This document shows positions 10,839 through 20,233 of a stretch of 64,000 bases of DNA, piece after piece. The stretch comes from Bacteroidia bacterium (GTDB lineage Bacteria > Bacteroidota > Bacteroidia > Palsa-965). Within the stretch, counting starts at the first letter, position 1. Each line of letters begins with the position of its first letter. The DNA lies in the NCBI GenBank assembly GCA_044344795.1, contig JBIJCF010000002.1, forward strand, positions 98,845-162,844. The letters are read 5' to 3'. The notes under the pieces were generated by a model. It worked only from the letters and a program-made list of their open reading frames with translations, made no database searches and was not told the DNA's origin. The translations under genes and the position numbers were made by a program.

Positions 10839-12413
10839 GTGCAACGCCAGTTTGTTACCAATCTGATTATACTATTATTCCTGAATCTGCTCATTAAGCC
10901 GTTCTGGATTCTAGTTATTGAACCCAATGTTCAAAATGCTGTGGGTAATGCGGCGTATGGCGAATATTTCGCGCTGTTCAATTTTTCTTTCTTGTTAAAC
11001 ATTCTACTCGATTTCGGGATTACGAATTTTAATAACAAGAATATTGCCCAAAACAATCATCTTCTGACGAAGCATTTTTCGGGATTGTTTGTGTTGAAGC
11101 TGCTTTTAGCTGTATTATATATTATCGTTACGATCATAATCGGACTCACTATCGGTTATGACACGCGTCTTACCAAGTTGTTGTTGGTGTTGGGTTTCAA
11201 TCAGTTTCTTATTTCGCTCGTATTGTACTTGCGATCTAATTTGCAGGCTTTGCACCTATTTAAAACAGACGCATTAATTTCTGTACTGGATCGTATTATC
11301 ATGATAGGAATGGTGTCCGTGTTGTTGTGGACAACTTGGGTAGATAATGTCATGGACATCATGGATTTTGTATACGCGCAAACCATAGGTTATTTCCTGA
11401 CCGCAATAATTGCATTCCTCGCAGTAATCGGCAAAATGGAGCTGATTCGTTTAAAGTGGGATTGGCCGTTTTCGTTGATGATATTGAAAAAGAGCTTTCC
11501 GTTTGCAGTGTTGGTTTTGCTTATGACTTTTTATAACCGAATTGATTCTGTGATGCTGGAACGCCTGATGCCACAAGGAGATCCCGTTGCAGTGGCGCGT
11601 CTGCAAGAATTACGCAAACCTGGGATTGAATTGAACGAAACTCAGAAAATCGAACGTCACCAGCTGGAAGATCAACTGGAGCACACAGGATCGGAGCAAG
11701 CCGGTGTTTATGCTAAAGCATATCGACTATTGGATGCGACGAACATGATAGCGTATTTGTTTTCCGTATTGTTACTTCCTATGTTTTCGAGGATGCTGAA
11801 ATACAAGGAATCGGTAGAGCAATTGGTGAAGCTGGCATTTACATTATTAATAACGTTAGCCGTAATGGTTGCGGTGGGTTGCACATTTTACCGTTTTGAA
11901 ATTATGAAACTGCTCTATGGTGAAAATAGTGCAGGAAGTGTGAATACCGTGTTCCCGCTGCTGATGTCATGCTTTGTTGCTATTTCCACAACTTACGTTT
12001 TTGGTTCGTTGCTGACAGCGAATGGAAATTTGAAAGAATTGAATTGGATGGCATTTTGTGGAATGGTCATCAACATTGGATTAAATGTTGTTTTTATCAC
12101 GGTTTTCGAGTGGGAAGCAATTGGAACGGCGATTTCAAGCCTTGTTACCCAATTGTTAACAGCCGTCGCACAAGTGCTTATTGTGCAACGCAAGTTTAAA
12201 TTCCGTGTCAACTGGAGGTTGTTGACCACCTTGGTGGTGTTTGCGACCGGAGTAATTGCTTTGGCGGATTTCTGTTACGAGTATGTCTATCAACCGGGTA
12301 AGCTGGGTTGGGTAACCGGCTTCATTATATACTGTGCAGGCTCAGTGGCCTGGGCATTTGCAACGCGCCTGATCAGTGTGAAGGGCATGTTCCGTATCCT
12401 GAAGTACGGTTAG
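10839..12413 (+). CDS. Polysaccharide flippase (Wzx/MOP superfamily)
   Basis: Multi-TM protein of 524 aa with a GVYAKAYRLLD motif at the mid-protein loop, in a polysaccharide-locus context. GTG start. Confidence 0.7.
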   Translation: MQRQFVTNLIILLFLNLLIKPFWILVIEPNVQNAVGNAAYGEYFALFNFSFLLNILLDFGITNFNNKNIAQNNHLLTKHFSGLFVLKLLLAVLYIIVTIIIGLTIGYDTRLTKLLLVLGFNQFLISLVLYLRSNLQALHLFKTDALISVLDRIIMIGMVSVLLWTTWVDNVMDIMDFVYAQTIGYFLTAIIAFLAVIGKMELIRLKWDWPFSLMILKKSFPFAVLVLLMTFYNRIDSVMLERLMPQGDPVAVARLQELRKPGIELNETQKIERHQLEDQLEHTGSEQAGVYAKAYRLLDATNMIAYLFSVLLLPMFSRMLKYKESVEQLVKLAFTLLITLAVMVAVGCTFYRFEIMKLLYGENSAGSVNTVFPLLMSCFVAISTTYVFGSLLTANGNLKELNWMAFCGMVINIGLNVVFITVFEWEAIGTAISSLVTQLLTAVAQVLIVQRKFKFRVNWRLLTTLVVFATGVIALADFCYEYVYQPGKLGWVTGFIIYCAGSVAWAFATRLISVKGMFRILKYG

Positions 12414-12466
12414 TAGCGCGTCATTGCTGATTTTTCGTACTTTTAACCCTCTTTAATCGCAAATAC

Positions 12467-13495
12467 ATGAGTAATTCGAACGGGAACGGTAATTATTTCG
12501 ATTCCACCAGTCTTATTGAGTTTTTCTGGAGATGGCGTAAATCACTAATTATCATTGGCGTTGCCGCCGCAGTGGTGTCCTCCGTGGTGTCATTTATAAT
12601 TCGCGAAAAGTATAAATCAACAGTTATTCTTTTCCCGGTTTCTTCTAACTCCATCGCTAAGGCATTATTAACCGAGGATATGTCCGGAAAGCAAGACGTC
12701 TTGCAATTTGGGGAAGAAGAGCAAGCGGAGCAGATGTTGCAAATTTTGAATTCTGATGAAATCAGATCGAGAATTTGTAAGAAATACGATTTGATGAAAC
12801 ACTATCGAATCGACCCTAATGATCGTTATAAGCAAACACGCTTGTTTGAAACTTACAATGAAAATATCGTCTTTAAGCGCACTGAGTTTATGTCCGTAAA
12901 AATTGAGGTGATGGATGAAGATCCGATCCTCGCTGCGAAAATGGCTAACGATATTGCAGAACTCCTGGACTCGACAAAGGCTCGTATGCAGCGTGATCGT
13001 GCGGTTAATGCATTCAATATCGTATCTGCCGAATATTTCCGTAAAAAAGCGGAAGTAGATAAGATGCAGGATTCCTTACGTAAGCTCAACTTACTTGGGA
13101 TGTACGATTATGAATCACAATCGGAAGTAACAACTGAACAATACGCTATTGCAATGTCTAAAGGCGACCAACGCGCCATGGATAAACTGGGAGAACAGTT
13201 ACGGATTATTGGTCAATATGGTTCTGCCTATATGGCTGTGCGCGAAAACTTGTATATACAGCGCGAACAACTGAACTTATTAAAACGGAAATACGAGGAG
13301 GCGAAGGTAGATGCTGAGCAGGTGTTGACGTATAAATTCATTGTAAACAAAGCATTTCCGGCAGAACGAAAGTCATATCCGGTGCGTTGGCTGTTGGTTA
13401 GTGTCAGCACTATAACATCTCTTGTATTAGGAGTTTTGGTGTTGATATTGTTAGATAATCTGAAACAAATCAGAAAACGCGATCTTAAGTCATAA
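12467..13495 (+). CDS. Wzz/GumC-like polysaccharide chain-length determinant (PCP) protein, without a kinase domain
   Basis: It has an N-terminal TM and a C-terminal TM (VRWLLVSVSTITSLVLGVLVLILL) with a long coiled-coil region between them. Confidence 0.6.
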   Translation: MSNSNGNGNYFDSTSLIEFFWRWRKSLIIIGVAAAVVSSVVSFIIREKYKSTVILFPVSSNSIAKALLTEDMSGKQDVLQFGEEEQAEQMLQILNSDEIRSRICKKYDLMKHYRIDPNDRYKQTRLFETYNENIVFKRTEFMSVKIEVMDEDPILAAKMANDIAELLDSTKARMQRDRAVNAFNIVSAEYFRKKAEVDKMQDSLRKLNLLGMYDYESQSEVTTEQYAIAMSKGDQRAMDKLGEQLRIIGQYGSAYMAVRENLYIQREQLNLLKRKYEEAKVDAEQVLTYKFIVNKAFPAERKSYPVRWLLVSVSTITSLVLGVLVLILLDNLKQIRKRDLKS

Positions 13496-13503
13496 CCCCA
13501 ATT

Positions 13504-14478
13504 ATGCTCAGCTTTTCTAATACAGATTTATTGTCTTTGATCATCAAGCGATGGAAGCATGTGGCGATAATTGTGGGTGCTGCATTGATGGGCGCGTTTG
13601 TGGTTTCATCGGAGTGGATTATAAAGCCACGTTACAAATCAATGGCTGTTGTTTATCCGGTAAATATTATTCCGTATTCCGATGAATCACCAACGGAACA
13701 GTTGCTTCAGTTATTCCAGTCGGCTGACGTGCGTGGGATGATGATTAAACGATTTCGATTAGCTGAACATTACAATGTAGACACTACGGCGCGTGCAGGA
13801 AAGTCAAAATTATATCTCACCATTAGCGAGAACATTGACATTCGTAAAACAGAATACGAGTCAGTTAAAATTGAAATTTACGATGTAAATCCCGATACAG
13901 CTTGCAGCATGGTGAATGCACTAATCCATTTTGTGGATATTAAGGCACGTGCATTGCAGCGTGAAAAAACGCAAGAGGTGGTTAATATTTTTCAAGATCA
14001 GTTGAATCATAAAAAAGAGCAACTCGATTCTTTGGAAAAGGTATTAAACATGTTACGTGTGCGTTACGGACTTTTGGATTACAAATCTCAAGCGAAAGAA
14101 GTAACGAAAAGTTATTTGAAGATTGTCGGTGATGGCGGTTCCGGTCAACGCCTTGTTGTTGTTGATTCTTTGATGCGTAATTTGGAACAAAAAGGTGGGG
14201 AATTGTTGACGGCAAGTGAACAATTAAAAAGCACATTGGACGTGTACAACGCCATTCAGGTTGATTACGATCGTGCATTATCGGATTTAAAAAAGGAGTT
14301 AACGTACACGAACGTCATCACTCGCCCACTTCCCGCAGATCAAAAGTCGTATCCTATACGTTGGCTGATTATGGTAATCACGGGAATTTCATCGGTGCTG
14401 GTTGCCATTTTTGTGATTGTTATTTTGGAAGGTCGTTCTAATTTCTTGGCGAATGCCCGAAATCTGCAACAGGAATAG
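13504..14478 (+). CDS. Second Wzz/GumC-like PCP protein, a tandem paralogue
   Basis: Same architecture as the upstream gene. Shared motifs are YKS..V.YPV near the N-terminus and KSYP[IV]RWL before the C-terminal TM. Confidence 0.6.
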   Translation: MLSFSNTDLLSLIIKRWKHVAIIVGAALMGAFVVSSEWIIKPRYKSMAVVYPVNIIPYSDESPTEQLLQLFQSADVRGMMIKRFRLAEHYNVDTTARAGKSKLYLTISENIDIRKTEYESVKIEIYDVNPDTACSMVNALIHFVDIKARALQREKTQEVVNIFQDQLNHKKEQLDSLEKVLNMLRVRYGLLDYKSQAKEVTKSYLKIVGDGGSGQRLVVVDSLMRNLEQKGGELLTASEQLKSTLDVYNAIQVDYDRALSDLKKELTYTNVITRPLPADQKSYPIRWLIMVITGISSVLVAIFVIVILEGRSNFLANARNLQQE

Positions 14479-15922
14479 AGTTTTATGGTGGTTGTACGGA
14501 GCCAGCTTCGTATTCTTAACCATTAATGCGATCTGTATCGCTTATGAATTCTATTGGCTTAATCTGTTGCCGCCAATGCTTTTTGTCATTTTACTGGCTT
14601 TAGTAGCTTTGGATAAGTTATTACTGTTAGCGGTTTTCGTCACTCCTATATCCATCAATCTCGCCGATAACGAAGTTAACATCGGATTGAGTTTGCCTGC
14701 AGAACCTTTACTCATCGGTATTTTGTTCGTTTATGTTTTACGCATGTTACATGATGTGCGTTTTGATACTCGTTTCGTAAGACATCCTGTAACAATTGCT
14801 ATTATTCTGAATTTGCTATGGATGTTTATTACGTCTATAACCAGTGAGCTGCCTCTAGTGTCATTTAAATTCCTCTTGTCTCGTTTGTGGTTTGTGATAC
14901 CCATGTATTTTGTCGGTGTTCACATCTTCCGCGACATTGCAAACGTTAGAAGATTCCTGTGGTTGTACATCATTCCATTAACGATTGTAATAGGTTACAC
15001 GTTATATCAGCACTGGCTTTACGGCTTCGAGGAAGATCCTGCCCATTGGGTGATGTCTCCGTTTTATAATGATCATACCGCATATGGTGCTGCGCTTGCC
15101 ATGTTTTTTCCTGCGCTTGTGGCATTTTCGTGGAGCAAACGATACTCTAGCAATATTCGTATAATTTCGTTGATTCTGTTGGCCATCTTTGCAGTGGCGT
15201 TGGTATTCTCCTATACGCGTGCAGCTTGGTTAAGTCTTGCTGCCGTATTTGTACTGTACTTTATTTTTCTGTTTCGAATACGATTTATTTATTTATTCGT
15301 TCCTACAGCTCTTGCGGCTATAGTCGTCATGTTGTCGTGGACGGAAATACAAATGAAACTGGAGAAAAATCGTCAGGATACTTCTGATGATTTAGCGGAA
15401 CATATTCAATCTATTTCGAACATCAGTACTGATGCCTCCAATCTGGAACGTATTAATAGATGGAATTCTGCGTTCCGTATGTTTGAAGAACGTCCGTTTT
15501 TTGGCTGGGGACCCGGAACATACAGCTTCGTTTATGCGCCGTTTCAATTATCCGGAGAGAAAACGATCATTTCTACTAACGCCGGCGATATGGGTAATGC
15601 ACACTCCGAATACATTGGTCCGTTGTGTGAATCGGGTGTGTTGGGAACATTAACATTTCTGGGTATTGTATTTACCATTATATGGACAGGCTGGCGTTTA
15701 TATTATAAATTGACAGACAAGATTCATCGTGGGTTAATGTTGTCCATCTTGCTGGGAATGGTTACCTATTTCCTCCACGGCGCATTAAATAACTTCCTGG
15801 ATACGGACAAAGCTTCTGTTCCGTTTTGGGGTTTTGCAGCAATGTTGGTTGCAGCAGATTTGTGGTATGAACCGAAAAAGGACGAGCAGAGTAAGGAGAA
15901 GATCAGCAGTGAGCTGAAATAA
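14453..15922 (+). CDS. O-antigen ligase / polymerase family (Wzy_C domain) membrane protein
   Basis: Polytopic membrane protein with SYTRAAWLSLAA followed by a periplasmic loop. The ORF track opens at a TTG at 14417. I prefer the ATG at 14453, but the start is uncertain. Confidence 0.7.
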   Translation: MPEICNRNRVLWWLYGASFVFLTINAICIAYEFYWLNLLPPMLFVILLALVALDKLLLLAVFVTPISINLADNEVNIGLSLPAEPLLIGILFVYVLRMLHDVRFDTRFVRHPVTIAIILNLLWMFITSITSELPLVSFKFLLSRLWFVIPMYFVGVHIFRDIANVRRFLWLYIIPLTIVIGYTLYQHWLYGFEEDPAHWVMSPFYNDHTAYGAALAMFFPALVAFSWSKRYSSNIRIISLILLAIFAVALVFSYTRAAWLSLAAVFVLYFIFLFRIRFIYLFVPTALAAIVVMLSWTEIQMKLEKNRQDTSDDLAEHIQSISNISTDASNLERINRWNSAFRMFEERPFFGWGPGTYSFVYAPFQLSGEKTIISTNAGDMGNAHSEYIGPLCESGVLGTLTFLGIVFTIIWTGWRLYYKLTDKIHRGLMLSILLGMVTYFLHGALNNFLDTDKASVPFWGFAAMLVAADLWYEPKKDEQSKEKISSELK

Positions 15923-15938
15923 GTGCTGGCGGTGGGTC

Positions 15939-17168
15939 CTAAATCATCTTACACGTCACCAGCGCAATATCATCTACATACGATTGTTCGTCGCGATGAC
16001 GATTCAATAACTCTAGCAACAATGCATTGATCCGATTCGGAGACGCCTTTCGGTTTTTCTGCAAGAGTTCGTTCACCGGTTCAAGACCTAATTCCTGTTG
16101 CTCAGCGTTGCGTTGTTCTACTAGTCCATCTGTATAACAGAGTAACAACGTATCCTGATTTACGCTGACAATACCTTCTTTAACGCGTATCAATTCATCC
16201 AACATGCCTAAGCCGGTACAGCCTACTGTAAGCAAGTTATAGCCGTCGGCGTCAATAAGCAATGGAGGATTATGGCCGGCGTTCACATATTGCAAGGTGC
16301 GTGTAACCGTATTGTATTTCGCGATAAATAAGGTGATGAATTTTTCACCTTTCGCATTGTCGTTCACCTTAGTGTTTAATTCAATGACCAAATCACTTAA
16401 CGAAGGAATATGCTGTAATAAAATGCGCAGGTATGCCTGAAAGTTCGACATCAGTAATGCCGCAGGAACACCTTTGCCGGAAACATCAGCAACACAAAAT
16501 GCCAATTCGTTTTCGTTAATCTGAATGAAATCGTAATAATCGCCACCTACTTGCTGATGCGGTAAATACAGCGCATCCATTTCGATGTATTTATTGTGCG
16601 GCAAATGCTCAGGAAACAACATGCGTTGCACTTCCCACGCTAATTCAAGTTCACGGTGCATCGCGGCGCGCTTTAAATTTTCTTTCGCCAAACGTTTGTT
16701 TTCAATCGCCACCATCATAATGTTCGTGAGCGTTTGAATAAATGGCAAGTGTTTCACTGCGCTGCTCATTCCACTTTCGGCTTCATCCAAATCGCCTATT
16801 AATACATAAGCTAACGGAGAACTTTTGTGAAAAACGGGAATTACAATTTCCTGTAAGTTATTGCCCGAATTGCCCGTAATGTCAAGAGTTGTAATTTCTC
16901 GCAACGGCAATAGATGCGTTGTTACGTCAACTCCCGAAAATGCATCTCCCTTGCCAAAAAACAATAACCTTTTCCATCCGTCTGAATCGTGGCTGTACAA
17001 TACAAGTCTCCCTATTTGAAGATTATCACGAACAATAGATTCGTAAATAGTTAAGAGCTCTGCTGTCGAGAAGTTGTTATTGATGGCTTTCGTAATATCC
17101 AAAAGCGCAGTCAATTTGAAGTCTTTCAACCTCCTGCTTCTACGTTGATGTGGCGCTCTCTGACTCAC
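15939..17168 (-). CDS. PP2C/SpoIIE-family serine phosphatase with an N-terminal GAF-like sensor domain
   Basis: GGDYYDF, ADVSGKGVPAAL and YTDGL motifs are typical of RsbU/SpoIIE phosphatases. Confidence 0.8.
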   Translation of the reverse strand: MSQRAPHQRRSRRLKDFKLTALLDITKAINNNFSTAELLTIYESIVRDNLQIGRLVLYSHDSDGWKRLLFFGKGDAFSGVDVTTHLLPLREITTLDITGNSGNNLQEIVIPVFHKSSPLAYVLIGDLDEAESGMSSAVKHLPFIQTLTNIMMVAIENKRLAKENLKRAAMHRELELAWEVQRMLFPEHLPHNKYIEMDALYLPHQQVGGDYYDFIQINENELAFCVADVSGKGVPAALLMSNFQAYLRILLQHIPSLSDLVIELNTKVNDNAKGEKFITLFIAKYNTVTRTLQYVNAGHNPPLLIDADGYNLLTVGCTGLGMLDELIRVKEGIVSVNQDTLLLCYTDGLVEQRNAEQQELGLEPVNELLQKNRKASPNRINALLLELLNRHRDEQSYVDDIALVTCKMI

Positions 17169-17243
17169 GGATCTAAATTACAACTATGATGATGTTATTG
17201 TATCGTGATTAGACCAACGTAGCCCATACAACGACCAATGACT

Positions 17244-18170
17244 TTAACGATTCTTAGAAAGGAAGTCGGGAAGTTGACGCACAGCAGCCAATTCACGCCA
17301 TTTTCCGCGCGCTTCTTCCGCCGGTGCACCGAAGTATGTTTTATTTCCTTCCAGCGATTTTGAAACACCGGAAGTAGCCAGCACAACTGCTCCTGCACCA
17401 ATAACAACGTCACTGGTAATAGATACATTGCCCCACAACGTTACGCGATCTTCGATGGTGGTTACTCCTGCAATGGCAACACCTGCTGCAAACAAACACA
17501 TCGCGCCAATGACTGTATCATGACCTATGTGACAAAGATTATCCATTTTGGTTCCTTTGCCGATGATCGTATCAGCGCTTACGCCGCGGTCAATCGTGCA
17601 GCCTGCACCAATCTCCACATCATCATGAATAATAACACGTCCGCAGGTTAACATTTTATCGAAATATTCAGCACGCTTTTTATAATAGAATGCATCGCCA
17701 CCAACAGTTGTATTTGGATGAATAGTCACATTATTTCCAATGATGGTTTCATCAGCAATAAACACTCCCGGTTTAATCACACAATTTTCTCCAACCACAA
17801 CATTTCTTCCGATGTACACATTTGGATACACAATGGTTCCCTTACCAATTTTTGCATCTGCTGCGTGTAGTTCCGTGGAATGACCGGAAAGCGAAAAGTG
17901 CTTCACAAGTTTATTGTAGTCGTTGAAAGGATCAGTTGAAATCAATAATCCTTTTCCTTCGGGGCATTCTACTTCTTTGTTAATGAGAACTGTCGTAGCA
18001 GCACATTGCAAAGCTTTGTCGTAATATTTCGGATGATCTACAAAAACAATATCACCGGTTTCAACGCGATGAATTTCGTTGAGTCCGGTAATCATATGAT
18101 CAGACGAACCGCTAAACGGCACCCCTAGAATTTCTGCAATCTGCGATAGTGTATGAGGACTAATTTTCAT
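17244..18170 (-). CDS. lpxD: UDP-3-O-acylglucosamine N-acyltransferase, second (shorter) paralogue
   Basis: LpxD-type N-terminal domain (LSQIAEILG...HRVETGDIVFVDHPKYY) followed by left-handed beta-helix hexapeptide repeats; 308 aa. Confidence 0.75.
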   Translation of the reverse strand: MKISPHTLSQIAEILGVPFSGSSDHMITGLNEIHRVETGDIVFVDHPKYYDKALQCAATTVLINKEVECPEGKGLLISTDPFNDYNKLVKHFSLSGHSTELHAADAKIGKGTIVYPNVYIGRNVVVGENCVIKPGVFIADETIIGNNVTIHPNTTVGGDAFYYKKRAEYFDKMLTCGRVIIHDDVEIGAGCTIDRGVSADTIIGKGTKMDNLCHIGHDTVIGAMCLFAAGVAIAGVTTIEDRVTLWGNVSITSDVVIGAGAVVLATSGVSKSLEGNKTYFGAPAEEARGKWRELAAVRQLPDFLSKNR

Positions 18171-18224
18171 CCCGAATGTTTTAAGCGAATTTAATCATTG
18201 CACAAAAGTTAAGTGTGTGCATTC

Positions 18225-18250
18225 AAAAAAAAAGCGGCCATTCGACCGCT
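18225..18250 (-). terminator. Rho-independent terminator downstream of efp
   Basis: The minus strand reads AGCGGTC-GAAT-GGCCGCT followed by a T8 run. Confidence 0.6.
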
Positions 18251-18261
18251 CTCAGTATTCC

Positions 18262-18825
18262 TTATTTTTTCACTCGATCGGTATAAGCACCCGTGCGCGT
18301 GTCAATTCTAATCATATCTCCAACATTGATAAACAATGGAACACGAACTTGTGCTCCTGTTTCAACCGTAGCAGGCTTTAAAGTGTTGGTAGCAGTATCA
18401 CCTTTAACACCGGGTTCGGTGTAGGTAACTTCCAACTCAACACTTGCAGGCGGCTCGGCAGAAATCGGTTGATCGCTTTCAAACCAAACTTTAACTTCCA
18501 TACCTTCTTTCAAATATTGCAATCCATCACCCATCATTTCTTTTGACAAATAAATTTGCTCGAAAGATTCCGGATCCATTACGACGATGTTATTGTCTTC
18601 GGCGTAGATGTATTGTAACATTTTATATTCTACCCAAACGATCTCCATGCCCTCTCCGGAACGGAAACGGTTTTCCATGAGTTTGCCTGTTCTGAGGCTG
18701 CGCATTTTGCCCTGATAAAAAGCGCGCAGGTTGCCCGGTGTACGGTGCTGCCACTCAATTACCTGACATAGTTCGCCATTGTATCGGATAAACGTTCCGA
18801 TGCTGATATCTCCGGTATCTGCCAT
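18262..18825 (-). CDS. efp: Elongation factor P
   Basis: MADTGDISIGTFIRYNGELCQVIEWQH...KPATVETGAQVRVPLFINVGD. The ORF-track start at 18897 adds 24 non-homologous residues, so I use the ATG at 18825. Confidence 0.95.
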   Translation of the reverse strand: MADTGDISIGTFIRYNGELCQVIEWQHRTPGNLRAFYQGKMRSLRTGKLMENRFRSGEGMEIVWVEYKMLQYIYAEDNNIVVMDPESFEQIYLSKEMMGDGLQYLKEGMEVKVWFESDQPISAEPPASVELEVTYTEPGVKGDTATNTLKPATVETGAQVRVPLFINVGDMIRIDTRTGAYTDRVKK

Positions 18826-18923
18826 GATCTTATTGTTTTGATTAAACTTGGGACGGCAAAGATAATATTGTTTACGAGAGTAGCCAATGTTGCCCAAACA
18901 ACCAATATGGTTGTCTTGCGTCT

Positions 18924-19583
18924 ATGCGTTATATGCTGCAGCATCTCGTTTTCTTGGCTGTTGTAATGTTGTCTTCTGTCGCATATTCGCAGAAGACGCG
19001 TCAAGTGACGCTATATTACCGTCTAGACGCTGTGATTCCCGGATTCTATGATGGACAATATACAGGTAGAAGTGCTGCTTCCGGAATGGGTTATCGCGTA
19101 ACAGGACGCGATGCGGCATTTATAGTTGAACCTCGGTTTGGAGTGGTGCATTTTCGATACCATCAAAAAATAGATGAAGGTTTGCGATTGGAACAGCAGC
19201 AGGCGGGGTTGGAATTGGGTTTGCCGGTAAGTGTGAAGTTTTGGCGCGGCATTCGAATACTCGCAGAATTAAATACGGGTTGGTTGCCTTATCAGGAAAT
19301 ACGAGTCCGGCAACGAGTTGGAAATACATTTAGTTACTACAGTGATGATGCGTTGCACACCGGATACGTGCCGAATAAACTATATGCCAATGCCGGCCTT
19401 GGGCTGGGATTTCAATTCACTAAAGCTCCGAAACTTATGGTGAGTGTAATGGTTCGACAACAAGCCAACGGACCGGTGCAGTCGCTTTACGAATGGGAGA
19501 ATTCCTGGATTCCGAAAGTGCGTATTGAGCCGAACTGGAAACCAGTACTTCCCGGAGTCGAGCTTTCGTATGCCATTAAGTAG
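18924..19583 (+). CDS. Hypothetical secreted protein, possibly a small outer-membrane beta-barrel
   Basis: Signal peptide (LVFLAVVMLSSVAYSQ) and an alternating hydrophobic beta-strand pattern. I recognise no family. Confidence 0.45.
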   Translation: MRYMLQHLVFLAVVMLSSVAYSQKTRQVTLYYRLDAVIPGFYDGQYTGRSAASGMGYRVTGRDAAFIVEPRFGVVHFRYHQKIDEGLRLEQQQAGLELGLPVSVKFWRGIRILAELNTGWLPYQEIRVRQRVGNTFSYYSDDALHTGYVPNKLYANAGLGLGFQFTKAPKLMVSVMVRQQANGPVQSLYEWENSWIPKVRIEPNWKPVLPGVELSYAIK

Positions 19584-19591
19584 GTGAAAAA

Positions 19592-20221
19592 TTACGGCCT
19601 TTTTAAGTCGTGAACATTGAGCTCCCGCGTGCAGAAAAAATATTCTTCTTTCTCGCTATTGGAACAAACTACGATAATTCTTCCGTTTCCAAATTGACGT
19701 ATCAAATCGCCGTACCATTTTTTTGCTACGGCATCAAGGTTGGCGCAAGGTTCATCCAAAAACAATAGCGGGGTTTGGGACGCAATAGCCAAGGTGAGCT
19801 TAACACGCTGTCTCATGCCCGAGGAGAAATTCTTCAGTTGTTTTTTTCGCGCATGTTCCAATCCGGATAACGACAGTATATCAGCGTTGCGAAGTTGATT
19901 TTGCCACATTTTGAATCCGGAATGAAAATCAATCATTTCTTCCAGCGTAAATTCTTCCATCAACTCTAAGTACGGCGCAGAGAAAGAAAGGTGATGAAAG
20001 AGATCATCGGTTGCAACACTTTGTTGATTTACAATAAGTGAAGTGCTTCCTTCATTCGGCAAAGTTGCACCGGCTAAAACCTGAAGCAATGTAGATTTAC
20101 CGGAACCGTTTGATCCAAGAATTACGGTAGGTTGTTCGGTTTCAATAACCAGATTGACGTGTCTGAAAATCCATTCCTTTCCGAATTTTTTCCCCAGATC
20201 TGTAGCAACTAATTGATTCAT
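19592..20221 (-). CDS. ABC transporter ATP-binding protein with no adjacent permease
   Basis: Walker A GSNGSGKST, signature FSSGMRQR and Walker B LLFLDEP. Confidence 0.85.
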   Translation of the reverse strand: MNQLVATDLGKKFGKEWIFRHVNLVIETEQPTVILGSNGSGKSTLLQVLAGATLPNEGSTSLIVNQQSVATDDLFHHLSFSAPYLELMEEFTLEEMIDFHSGFKMWQNQLRNADILSLSGLEHARKKQLKNFSSGMRQRVKLTLAIASQTPLLFLDEPCANLDAVAKKWYGDLIRQFGNGRIIVVCSNSEKEEYFFCTRELNVHDLKRP

Positions 20222-20233
20222 GGCACTTGCAGA

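Noticed and set aside
18826-18897. An N-terminal 24-codon extension of efp in the ORF track (MGNIGYSRKQYYLCRPKFNQNNKI).
   Set aside because: EF-P homology starts at MADTGDISIGTF. The extension is unlike any EF-P N-terminus, so the ATG at 18825 is preferred.
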